A stretch of DNA of 64,000 nt, taken from the NCBI GenBank assembly GCA_965644295.1, contig CBFFRP010000303.1, positions 23,251-87,250 on the forward strand. The letters run 5' to 3'. Source of the stretch: Paraphysomonas bandaiensis (taxonomy: Eukaryota; Protista; Chrysophyceae). The notes below the pieces were generated by a model. That model made no database searches and was not told where the DNA came from. It saw only the letters and a program-made list of their open reading frames with translations. The translations under genes were made by a program, and so were the position numbers. This document shows positions 50,059 through 61,300 of the stretch, one piece after another (within the stretch, counting starts at the first letter, position 1; each line of letters begins with the position of its first letter).

Positions 50059-51003
50059 ATGTGCATCCATTTTAGCTTATCTAATCGGGGCCTACTTGCT
50101 TTCACCACTTTCTTCTTTACTCTGTTTGTTATTAGTGAAATTGTTGGTGGTCTTGCAGGTAATGTGATTAATATCTTGTATGGGCGCTGTTCATGTGTAT
50201 TTGTAGCCAATAGCTTGTCGTTGTTGGGTGATGCGGCTGCGATGAGTATTGATGTTTTTTCGTATGTGGGAAACTTTTATGCTGAGCATCTAAAAAGTGT
50301 GACCAAGGATGACTTAGATGTGAGGACTAAGGTCTGGACTGAAATTATAATACCTGCAGTGTCAGTTGCCTCACTCTTAAGTGTTACGGCTTGGGTGTGC
50401 ATTGATGCTTCTTCTAGACTACTTGGTCATAAAAATGAAGATGTTGATCTTTTTTTTCTTTACGCCTTCGCCGGTGCTAATTTGGTGGTAGATATATTGT
50501 GTGCACTGCTATTTTACATCCGGCGACACGACGTATTCATCAGCAAAAAAAAGGAACAATGCTCTACCGAAGACGATATTGAGGGAAATAGTTCTGAAGA
50601 AGAAAGCAGCATTCATTCGACTGATAGTGATGGTCATATTGAGGACACAAGTTCTCATGCATCTGAACAGGCGAGCTTGGTCACCACACGTGCTGTTTCA
50701 CCACCGGACACGCCCCCCCCATGGGAAGATGGTGGTCAAAATCTCAATATGTTAAGTGCATTTACGCATATTGGTGGCGACACACTCAGAACCTTTGCTG
50801 TTCTTGTTGCTGCGATTTTGTCGAGTATACTTCGCATTGATCCCTCCATACCTGACGCATGGGCTGCTGTAGTAGTATCAGTAACCATTGTTGTTGCTGT
50901 TGCGCCTCTCTGCAGCTCTATCTACCAATCAGCTGTTCATATATTTTTTTGTAGGGATGACATAGGAAAAAATAGCGATATTGAACTCAGCGTCGTTGTT
51001 TAG
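50059..51003 (+). CDS. Cation diffusion facilitator (ZnT/SLC30-like) transporter
   Basis: NSLSLLGDAAAMSID, NLNMLSAFTHIGGDTLR, multiple TM helices; probable in-frame 48-nt intron at 50159-50206. Confidence 0.88.
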   Translation: MCIHFSLSNRGLLAFTTFFFTLFVISEIVGGLAGNVINILYGRCSCVFVANSLSLLGDAAAMSIDVFSYVGNFYAEHLKSVTKDDLDVRTKVWTEIIIPAVSVASLLSVTAWVCIDASSRLLGHKNEDVDLFFLYAFAGANLVVDILCALLFYIRRHDVFISKKKEQCSTEDDIEGNSSEEESSIHSTDSDGHIEDTSSHASEQASLVTTRAVSPPDTPPPWEDGGQNLNMLSAFTHIGGDTLRTFAVLVAAILSSILRIDPSIPDAWAAVVVSVTIVVAVAPLCSSIYQSAVHIFFCRDDIGKNSDIELSVVV

Positions 51004-51651
51004 AAATGTGTTTGTTATATTAACGAAGCTGTTGGCTACCTTTATTTGCAATCAGTAAATAACAGAGATGACATTAATAGCTGATTCGCTTCGTCAACGA
51101 ACTCATCAAGTCTTCAAGTGTTATTGGAGTAGAGAAGTGAGTAGTTGCTTCTAGAGTTGCTAAAGTCCACTCAGTTCTTGGCAGCTTAAATTTTCCTCCT
51201 CTGAGACTTGTCCAATAGATATATCGCATTCTGCGCTGCCTTTGAAAGCAAAAATCGGAAAGTAGGACCTGGCAACCGTTAATGGTCTATAAGTAGGTGA
51301 CAATTTTCCCGCAATAATGATGACACTACCAATAATGGTTATCTGGTCCCGCCGTAAAGCTTCTTGATTCAGTTGTAATAATATACATTGTATATACAAT
51401 ATCCAATACCTATACCCTATACATTTATCTACCTCACCAGAGCCTTGTAACATTGATACTAAAATGCTTACTCAAGTAGCTATTCAATAGCAATATAACT
51501 TGTATCATATTGACAAGTACACAATTACTATTTGCTGTCCATTTCAATAATTAACAATTAATTGCTGATCATTTACTTGTTATGCAGCCCTGTACCACGG
51601 AGACAAAATTGCTTCAAAAATTTTATTTGCAGCTAAAAATTAATTTCAATT

Positions 51652-52098
51652 AATATTGAATGTCTTTTTATTTAGCAATAGGCGTTAAAAACCCGTTAGA
51701 CCTCTACCTGTAACTAATCAGTACACACTTTTTTTATCCTACTATTTAACGCTACGGAAGCTGCTTGTGCGTCGCCGCAAGCACCAAGGTGCGATCACTT
51801 CCGCTCTGAGTTCTTAAGGTGAACATCCCGGATGCTTGACTTCAGCAGGCAGCCCAATACCCCGGTTACCCTTGAGGTGGACCCATTCCCGGATGCCTGT
51901 TTATTCGTCAGGGCCCAAAGACGTCTACACAAGTGGCACTTATTGGTGTCCCTTGTACCACACAAGCATTCGGCTATGAGTGGGCAGAAGAATATCTGCT
52001 GACTATATATGTGTCTCACGTTAGTTTCCCGGAAAAATATGTCCGGTACTTATCCCCCAGAACACCACGAAAAGGTGCGAGTCCGACGTTGTTGAGGG
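51652..52098 (-). mobile_element. SINE copy 5 with both ends intact
   Basis: Perfect 13-bp TSD ATTAATTTCAATT (51639-51651, 52099-52111); starts CCCTCAAC, ends TAAATAAAAAGACATTCAATATT. Confidence 0.92.
52015..52098 (-). ncRNA. Putative HDV-like self-cleaving ribozyme at the SINE 5' end
   Basis: P1 CCCTC-AAC/GTT-(CT)-GGGGG; P2 CTCGC/GTGAG; P3 ACC/GGT with L3 TTTTCGT; AGTA-CCGGA/TCCGG-GAA P4; J4/2 CTAA. Confidence 0.65.
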
Positions 52099-53163
52099 AT
52101 TAATTTCAATTGATTGATACTAAACGGCGTACTTATGTGTAGCTATACATCTATACATTATCAGCAACCACAATATAGCACGCTCTACCGTCATAAATCA
52201 GAGGCGACGATGAATGCTTAGAAACATAAGTAGCTCTAAATGCTGTGCCGTCATACTCTTGAGCCTAATAAGTCATAACACTCTTAGCTCCACTGAAAAA
52301 TCTTTCCATCTTATTAGATTTTCAAAACAAAAAACTGTTTTTCAACAACCTGCAGTGACTACAGTCATCATCAGCAAAATTCGTATTTGTTTTTTGTATT
52401 GAAACAATATAAAACAATTTCACCGCCGATAAATGATTTTTAAGCATCGTAAATTATTTAAATTTGCTTCTGACTTTCTGGTATATGTCGTCAAAAATAC
52501 ACTCATTTTAAAATCTCATTTAAACACATATGTTAAACCTTCCGTAGTACGTGTGAACCTTAAACTAGCTACTACATGTAATATATATATATATATATGA
52601 TTACGCGTTGCAACCAACATATATAGTAGCGAATGTCTGATTACCTCATTACTAGCCAATAGGCATGTAAGAGTCAGAACTAATGTAGCAATTTGCTCAC
52701 TTCGATATACTTGCCAGTATGAATTTTTGAGGGGATAATAAAAAAATTTTATGTTTGAGTTTTGCTTATTATTAAGTAAAATTAGAAGATTGTGTCTATC
52801 AATCTTTATTGGTAGTTAAGAGGATATTAACTTAGCGAATGACAATTTCTACTATAATTGAATATTGAATGTTCATTGAATGTTTAGTTACTTAATGTTT
52901 ACCCATCCTAACGTTGAATACTGATACCATTATTTAATTGAGCAGGATTAGCTATATGCTGTTCCAATCTCTCATTAATTTACTTGGTACCCAGACCCCA
53001 GACCTGGCAACAGGCCTGTATGAAACAGGTCTATACGCTTACGCTAGGTGGCGTTCGATTTGTCGTTGTGGTGTGTTAGGTAAGACACACACACAACAAC
53101 TTCAAAAGAGTAGAAAAAAATCCCACTGTTGAAAAATGTTTACTGTTAGTAGTTAGTAGTGCA

Positions 53164-53454
53164 TATTGTTTTTTGAACATTTTTTTGGTTTAGATGGTAA
53201 GAGAAGTTTAAAAGTAGTAATACTAGATAGCTAGATTGATACGATTATTATATTATCATTGCATACGCAATTGTGTGTTGTCATGTAAAGTATATCAATA
53301 GGTTAAAGCATAATAGTGTACTTCTTTCCTCTCAATTGCTAATCAAAATCCGTATCTTGAATCATTATGATACAGTTATAACAGTATTTTGACTACAGTT
53401 CTACAGCTTTTCACGTTTTATTTAACATTCCATCTTATAGCACATATTCCAACA
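53164..53454 (-). mobile_element. Diverged solo LTR of copia family B
   Basis: TATTG...TTCCAACA ends; internal CAATTGTGTGTTGTCATGTAA and CCGTATCTTGAATC blocks; 5-bp TSD GTGCA. Confidence 0.85.
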
Positions 53455-53654
53455 GTGCAATAAAATCACAACAAAACTAATAATGAGTAACAAAGAATAT
53501 ATTTCATTATAATTGGGTCAAGAAACTCTATGATATTTGCATTGAAAGGCAGTACATAATGCTATGCAATTAAACATCCATGTTTACTAGTAAAGCGATA
53601 TCTCTTATGGACAAATCTTTCAGAGGAAAACTTCAAAGTACTATAGTATCATAT

Positions 53655-55110
53655 CTACGCATCCAACACGCGTTGACGACGCTCCCTTTTTGGGCGCTCA
53701 GCGTTTATCATAGTGTCTGCAACAGTTCTAACATATTGTGCACACTCCTCCAGTGGCCCGACAGCTAGAGTTACGCACTCCTTAAATTTGTCCGAACAAA
53801 CTACATCGATGGGCTGCTCATCAGACCCTGCACGTGCAGGAATGCACACAATAGACGTATTGGGACGCGCACGGCATGGAGCAGGTCTACTAGCGCGCTT
53901 ATAAAAATAAGCAGTGTGGTTTTCTCCTGACCCTGTCATACTTGTATTAATCTTCCCAATTTCAGTAACCTGGTATCCGTATTCCTTAATCACTCGGCGC
54001 GGTGGCCTGTAAGACACCAGATACTGCGCGTGCGTACTATTTACACTATCAGCAAAAATATATAAAGGAATAGTCTTATACCTGGCGTTAAAGTATTCAG
54101 CTATCTTTTGCTGTAGTGGAGGTGGGAATCCGAGATCATACATATATACATGTGTAAATGGGTCCTGCATGTAAACGTGTCACATACATCATGTATTACT
54201 ATCACAGCACTTACAGTAGTTGCTACATCAAAAATATCTCCATGTAAAAAATTAACTCCGTGATTAAGTTTGCCGTCGTCATTTGAAGCATCAATGCATT
54301 CATGCATCTCAGCAATTGCGCTTTTCAAATTTTGCATTCCAAGCTGTAAGTATGTGAGCAGTTGAAACCCACTCTACTTATCACTCAAACCTGCCATCTA
54401 ATTTCCTCAAGCTCAATTCCAATTGATAGACGCACTGCTGGATCCTGAGTGACGTGGAAGTTTGGCTTCCCTAAGCCAGACCCAACATCGATAAACCGCG
54501 AGGACGAGGTCATCTCGCAATTGTCCACCATGTAGTTTATGACCTACAGTTAACATTAGATCAGAGTAGTATTTAAAAGATTATACCTTTTGCATACTGT
54601 GCATTGTTAGCTCGCCGTAAATTGCACCGTCGTACCCATTTCCACCCAATGCCCCTGTCGTCTTTTGAATAATCTTGTACACCTTTTTCACTTTTGGATC
54701 GATAGAAAACAAACTCGTCGGGTTGAAGGAAATTTGAATACCCTGATTCTCTTTGTTATCAAGATCATTTTCATCTAAATTAAGTGTGGTTCCTGATGGA
54801 GGTTTCGTTGCACTTGCTGTTTGTGGACCAATTCGAATGCCTTGCTTCTTGGGGGTGCTTGGTGCTGCCACATCCACATTTTCTTTTTCATTCCCAACAA
54901 GAGATGGGGCTTCATCTGGTTCCTTGTTTATTGAGGTGTTCTGTTGCACTCTTGTTGATTTTCTAGTTGCAGTCTTATTCGCCTTTCTTGTCACCACCTT
55001 CTTTGCATCTGTCACAAACACTAAAAACTATGTAATTAAAGTTGTATTGCTTTACCTTTCTCACTGTTGTCCTTTACGGCAGGCGCGGATTTACGGGACA
55101 GTCTAGGCAT
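53655..55110 (-). CDS. DOT1-like (histone H3K79-type) methyltransferase, spliced
   Basis: AIYGELT, FIDVGSGLGKP, SIGIELEEIR, HGDIF, THVYMYD; basic low-complexity N-terminus starting MPRLSRK. Confidence 0.82.
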
Positions 55111-55631
55111 TCTATATATGTTTATATGTCAATGCTGTGTACAGTTGGTTAAATATGACGGCTGCATGGTTATCTAACTCTACAGGATCCCACTCGACTG
55201 CACTGCACTGCTGCTGGATGAGATGGATAAAATCAACGGCTCTTTTTCTCATGTTGTTATTGGCAGTTGTAGTCAGCCTCATACCATAGTATACATACAG
55301 AATACTGTATGGTATACCCGTATACCGCAGTGAGGCCTGTATACATACCGCTACACTACACTGTATACAGTGGCAGCACTGTCATTCAAAATACCAAGCA
55401 GACAGTTATGAGCAGCTCCAGCAGTGGGTCTATCAGCTCAAACTACAGTAATCGAACACCTATCAATGGATCGTAATGCCAGTTGATATGACCGTATCTT
55501 AAACAGATCGACTTCGACTTCGTTCAGTACTTCAAATTCGTCATTTTGTATTCCAGTGCTTGTATTCGTTGTATTAGTAGCCGTGTGTCTCATATATCAG
55601 TGTTGTTGATTGGACTCATAGACTATCAGAG

Positions 55632-57844
55632 ATGACGGATACAGAGAGTCATACTGAGGGAAGGACGATATCATCTGAGGAGCGGTTGATGGAGGTGGTG
55701 GCTGCTATGCAGGAAAAGTATACACAGAATCTGTCGGTGATCGAGAAGCTCTTCGAGGAGAGGAAACAGATGGAACGACGCGTCAGATCATTGGAGAACG
55801 AGCTCGCTCAGTCGAGGCGGATATCACATGGGGGGGACTCAGGATCAGCGGCTAAGAACAGACTTAATAAGACTGCACCTGGTCTGGCGCAGGGTCGAGG
55901 GTTGGACCTGGATATAGATCTCGATGAGGATGGAAGCGGTAGAAATAAGTGGGAAGGCAGACTGGCGAAGACATCCATGAGCGTGTTGGATATTCCAGGT
56001 GCGGGTGATGAGGCCCTTCCACAAGACCGAGGCAGTCCACCTCCCCCTTCTTACTCCTCAAGTCCCACTCGCAATACCAGCAGTAATTATCACTCGTCGA
56101 CATCAGACAACCTACTTGTGTCAGCCAGGCAGGCGGCAGAAATGTTCGAAGATGTTACCCCCCCGCGCTCCAGACCGCGCAGTGCCCGCAGCGCCTCTAC
56201 AGGAAGGACGAGTAATCAGTCAGGTTTATCGAAATCAGTCACCAGAAGTCGGTCAGGCAGTCTGGGTCCTCCGCCTCATTTACAAGCAGACACTGACAAG
56301 TGCGTCTCATTTAGTTTACGCATTATTGGATGTACGTATGACGTGTGTGAGCAGATATCTCCAGAAGCGCAAGCTAATTGAAGAGCGTGAGAGGCAAAAG
56401 GCTCTCGAACAGAAGCAGTATGAGTTGGAACTGGAAGAGAAGCGCCTGAGGGTAGGTACTTAGTGGCTCGGAATTATGTGTTTATGGTCATCCTTTTATA
56501 GGCTTCCCGCAGAGGCAAGGTGTTCAGTGCTATGGAGGAGCGTGAAAAGCGAGCACGTGAAGTTCGTCAGGCCCGAGAGAAAAAGAAACAGCAGAAGCAG
56601 AGAGAAAGAGAGGAGGTGGAAATGGAACTGGCACAGAAAGAAAAATTACGGCGAGATCGTCTTCGACGTTCAGCGGATATCAGTAAAGACTGGCAAACTC
56701 TTCAGCGCGATGAAGAAAATAAGCGCAAGGACAGAATTGAGGCGAGAAAGATGGAGTTAGCTCAGACTGCGAAATACCCGTCTTCAATGGGAGACTCTGT
56801 TAAGGAGTGGAAAATGAAAAAGACAACTAATGTGGAGGGTAGCCAAGAGGCCGTAGCACCTCCACCGGAGCCTGTTTTCCGTGCTCAAGATCCCGAGGAA
56901 GTTACCGCAAAACTACGGCGAAAACAGGCAGCTTGGGAGAGGAGATTGGAGAAAGAAAAAGCACAGCTAAATGCCTCACGATCAAAGACAGCTCCAGTAA
57001 AAGCTGCATTGGAAATGGAGGAGAGGCAGCGCGCATATGAAGAGAAACGCCGCCTCAAGGCTGAAGAAGCTGCGCGAAAGAAAGAAGCGGAGGATAGGGA
57101 AGCAGAGAGGAAGAAACGCCGAGAACAAGAAAGGATTATCAAAAGTAAAGTACCAGAAGCTTCGAGAAGATTGACTAAGGCCGCTGAGGACAGAGCACGA
57201 GCGGTGCGTGGGATTGTCATGGTATTTGTATATGTAGTTACTGGTAACGGATTAGGTGCGAGCCTCTTTTGAAAAGAAAGCAATGGAAGAGAAGCGGCAG
57301 GCGCAGAAGAAGACCAAACAAGAACGTCGTATGAAAGAAACTGCCGAGTTTCTGAAGTCACTGGTGCGTAAACCAGAGATGACCGAGTCTGAGGTCAGTA
57401 ATAAAGCAGCGGTCGTGCCGCACTACGAAGCAGTGGTTGACGTGTATTTGTTTAGAGGGAAGAGCAGGCGAAGATTAGGGCACAGGAGAGTGTGGAAATG
57501 TTTAAGATGAACAGAAAAAGAAACCAGGCTAACATAAAAAACGCCCTATCCAGCAGACCATCATTGCTTGAGCGCCATGATCAGGTGCCAACCTTAATTT
57601 TCATGTGGCTATATTTTTGATTTGGTGGATGAAACTGCAGGCAATAGCTAAGTCAAAGGCAGGAACTGCTGCTCTTGGTAAGGTTGCAGCAGCAGTGTTC
57701 CAGAACTCTAACCCTTCAGATGAAGATGAAGGCAAATACAGTGATGACGACATTGACAAAAAGTTGAATTGGAAAAGCAAATCAGCGACAAATGATATTT
57801 TCGATGAGGAAGAGAAAATCCAGCTTGGATTGCGTGATGACTAG
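55632..57844 (+). CDS. Hypothetical coiled-coil protein, spliced
   Basis: Chain of E/K/R-rich ORFs joined by short GT-AG introns; no recognisable domain. Confidence 0.75.
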
Positions 57845-58134
57845 ATATTTATAGTAGTTTTGTGTGTAGTAATTATCTTTAGGTTTCGACAACATACACT
57901 GTTGGACTTTAAAATATAAAAAAGTATAACGAGTATAATTCAATGATATTGATACCAACACATGAAAAGCATCATATCAAGGTATACTGTAGCCATATGA
58001 TGTACATAGTAATTATTGAAAGCATACATATATACATTCACCCCCTTGTTCAAAAAGTGTTAGTTCATGAACATCTACGGCGCATATATCTGAAGTGTAA
58101 AAGTTGTACCAGAACGAATCGTATTCTTCAAGGC

Positions 58135-58297
58135 AAGCTTAAAAATCCTGAAGTCAGCAGATGCAGGTATATCGACATTCTGCTTGTTCACTGCGTTTGC
58201 TTTGAGCGATAGAGCGAAAGTGGTTACGCCTTGGTGCTTGCGGTGACGCACAAGCAGCTTTCGTAGCTAGTGTTAAATAGTAGGATATCAGAGTTAA
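58135..58297 (+). mobile_element. SINE 3'-half fragment abutting the LINE
   Basis: GAAGTCAGCAGATGCAGGTATATCGACATTCTGC...GGTGCTTGCGGTGACGCACAAGCAGC...AGGATATCAGAGTTAA. Confidence 0.85.
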
Positions 58298-58368
58298 TAA
58301 TTCTCTGCCCTACGATGGCAAATACAGTCCAACATAAAGTTTCACTCTATTAACCAGCTCCAAGCCCA

Positions 58369-61300
58369 ATGTCTCTATTGAGACTGTGGCTGAGTCACAT
58401 CAGTGTGCCCAGGGCCTTTTACACTCCCTTACTGCTGCATTTTGTTGACCACCACGCTTCCGACAAATTACCTGTCACACCATGTTGTACACGCTCCAAG
58501 CCCCCCTGCCTGGCCTTGCAACCTTCACCCTACTCAACTACTTCAGTTAAACCACGTGCCTGCACCAATGCAGCGCTGACCGCACCTACGTGCTATCCCC
58601 TCAGCAGACAACTTCGTCTCACCCATCGCTTTCTACGGCTACAACCTCTCAGAGCATGGCTCGTGCGAGCAGGCTCACGAAAACGACCCCCATGGACCCC
58701 CTATGCAATCACTGAATACTCTCGATCCCTCTCAACTGTGCAACAGGGCTGCCTTCTGCCGCCCACTCAACCCAACCCAACATGGTTTGTCTGTGGTCCA
58801 TCCACCCAGCAGGCTACCCCCTCACCCTGTTCACCTATCACCCCCACAGCCCATCCATCTCATTGGATAGACACTGTATTCCGCATACGGTATACTCGAC
58901 TACTGTACTACTGTGTCCTACAGGATGTATACCATTCCGTGTATACCTCTACTGCTGTTGGACACATCACCATGTCCATGTACCTGTCTACCTGTACTGT
59001 TGGACACATCACCATGTCCATGTACCTGTCTACCTGTACTGTTGGACACATCACCATGTCCATGTACCTGTATACCTGTACTGTTGGACACATCACCAGC
59101 TCTCTCTCACTGTCCAACACACTCATAACACCACTGCAGTGTCATACACACACACAGTACACTCTACCTCCTCCTAGAAAACCCCCAGACAAACTATCGC
59201 CTCTCCCTTACTGGGCGTACTGGTCCACCCACTATTCCTCCTTCCTTCCACAAACTCAATTCCTTCCATCTTATGATGTGTTTTGCTCCAACGATCACTT
59301 CTTCCTGGACACCAAATACCCGGTGGAGTTGGAACTACACGCGCTACTCGAGAGAATTCCTGACCTCGTCATCATGCGTCTCCAAAATGTGTTGCAATGT
59401 CATTCCAAGGGAATGCAAGGAGTCCACCGTGCCAGGTCCATCAACCATCCCTCCCACGCCCTTCAGGGGAAGGAATTCTCCTCCGATAACAGCGGTGACG
59501 GACCCAGCAAATCCACCCACACATTACCCTTACCCACTAAGGATGCCACCACACCGTATGCAACGTTATTTGACTATTTCCCAGTCAAACGGAAGCCACC
59601 TACCACCAACCTTACTCAACTGAACACCATGGGAACTCCAGCATTAGCCCCAGACGGCCCATCCTCACTCTCCACTACCACTCCTGACCTCAGGCCGGAT
59701 GTACTGCCCAAGGATATTGCCACATACCCCCTACACTACACAGAGGGCCGGGGTCACACGCCCTTTCACTCCGATCTGCTGAACAACTGGGTTAGATATG
59801 ATGAAACCCAAACCATTGCTGCCTCCCCACAGGGAAACCTTTTAAAAGAAATATACGCACACATGCTATCCCCTGCCTGTTTAGACATATGGGAAGGATT
59901 CATAGCCAAGGCTTCCAGGACGGACAACTATGATCTCATGATATCATTCACGCTACCAGAGCACAAATTGGACACCACGCACAGCGCCCTACTAGTTGCC
60001 CAGCATCTCGCGAATGGCAACAAACCCTGGGCAGACTCCACTCATGTTGTATCTAGGCATGTGCGGACCCTTTGCCTGACAAAGGGTATTCCCTCAACAG
60101 CCACTGTCACTCTCCGTAAGACACTTATGCAATATGAATCCTCGAATCCACACACAGGACTACATCTAGACACGGAGGATTTCCAACTGCTACTCGATCT
60201 TCTCTCCATACCATACAGACTATGGGACGCTGTTCAACCGCACCTGGCGCCTGGTTGGGCACAGCTATCACCATTCTCCAGACAGGCACTAACAGTGCAC
60301 GCTTCTACCAACACTGTGGTAACCCATGACATCATACGCAGCCAGCATGGGTTTCACATACTAAATGCAACAAATATCCCCACCTCCATCATGCACGCTC
60401 TAACACGAACTCAGGAGCGGCTATCCTGTTTTCTACAACACCAGACCTCCAGACAGAGCACCAACATCATCTGGACTTCTGAACCGTCAACTGTACCATC
60501 TATGCTACATGAGCAAAGAGAGCAACAGGAACAGAGGGAAGTAATTGCAGTCTCCTTGTCACCGAGAGCTCGACGTCAACTACGGCAGATGAACCCCACG
60601 GACCGTCGACAACTCAGGCTCCATATGTGCGACATGAGCAGAGTCTATCGCCTCACCCTCAGACCCTCAGCCCTTCGCACACAACAACATATCCCAAGTG
60701 ATGGATACTGCGCATACAGCACACTCTATCATCTGCACATTCTTGCTTCAAGCAGGCGACACACTCGCTCCTGTCTGAAATTAGACCTCAAACAACGCAA
60801 GGACCGTCACACGCTAGCATCTTTTATAAATACATTAGGCACCCAAGCGTTCGACACAATGCAACGGGAGTGCATGGCCCATCACACACTTCAGCCACTA
60901 CGACATAAGTTGGATCACGCACAGGCCGCACTTTTAATACCTGCCAAAACAACATACACTACGGAGGACGACATAACTCACTGGCTCTCAGTGCGAGAGG
61001 TCCACCTTTTAGCCTCTACTATCAACCCCTGCACGACGTGGGCGCAAAATGGTAATTATCTCAGCATTGTAGGTATCCCTACTGACAAAGTAGCTTATAA
61101 CATCGCATGGAAGGTGGAGGAACTTAGGAACGCTATTCGTGATAACTACTACCATGTCATACTACAAGATGCTCACTACTTCCTCTTAGACCCTGCCGGT
61201 CTTTCTACTGCCCTAGACAACGCCCTACTATCTCTTGAAAACACCTTGGCCACCAGTATACTCTCAACGTCTGACCCCATCGCTCCACCTACACTTCCCG

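Noticed and set aside
47498-51592. CAGGGCTG...CAGCCCTG ends bracketing the CDK and CDF genes as one large hAT element
   Set aside because: Flanks CGTACTGA and TACCACGG are not a TSD; more likely ends of separate small hAT remnants.
58298-58900. Ribozyme (HDV or hammerhead) at the LINE 5' end
   Set aside because: I found neither the CCCTCAAC head nor a CTGANGA/GAAA core by eye.
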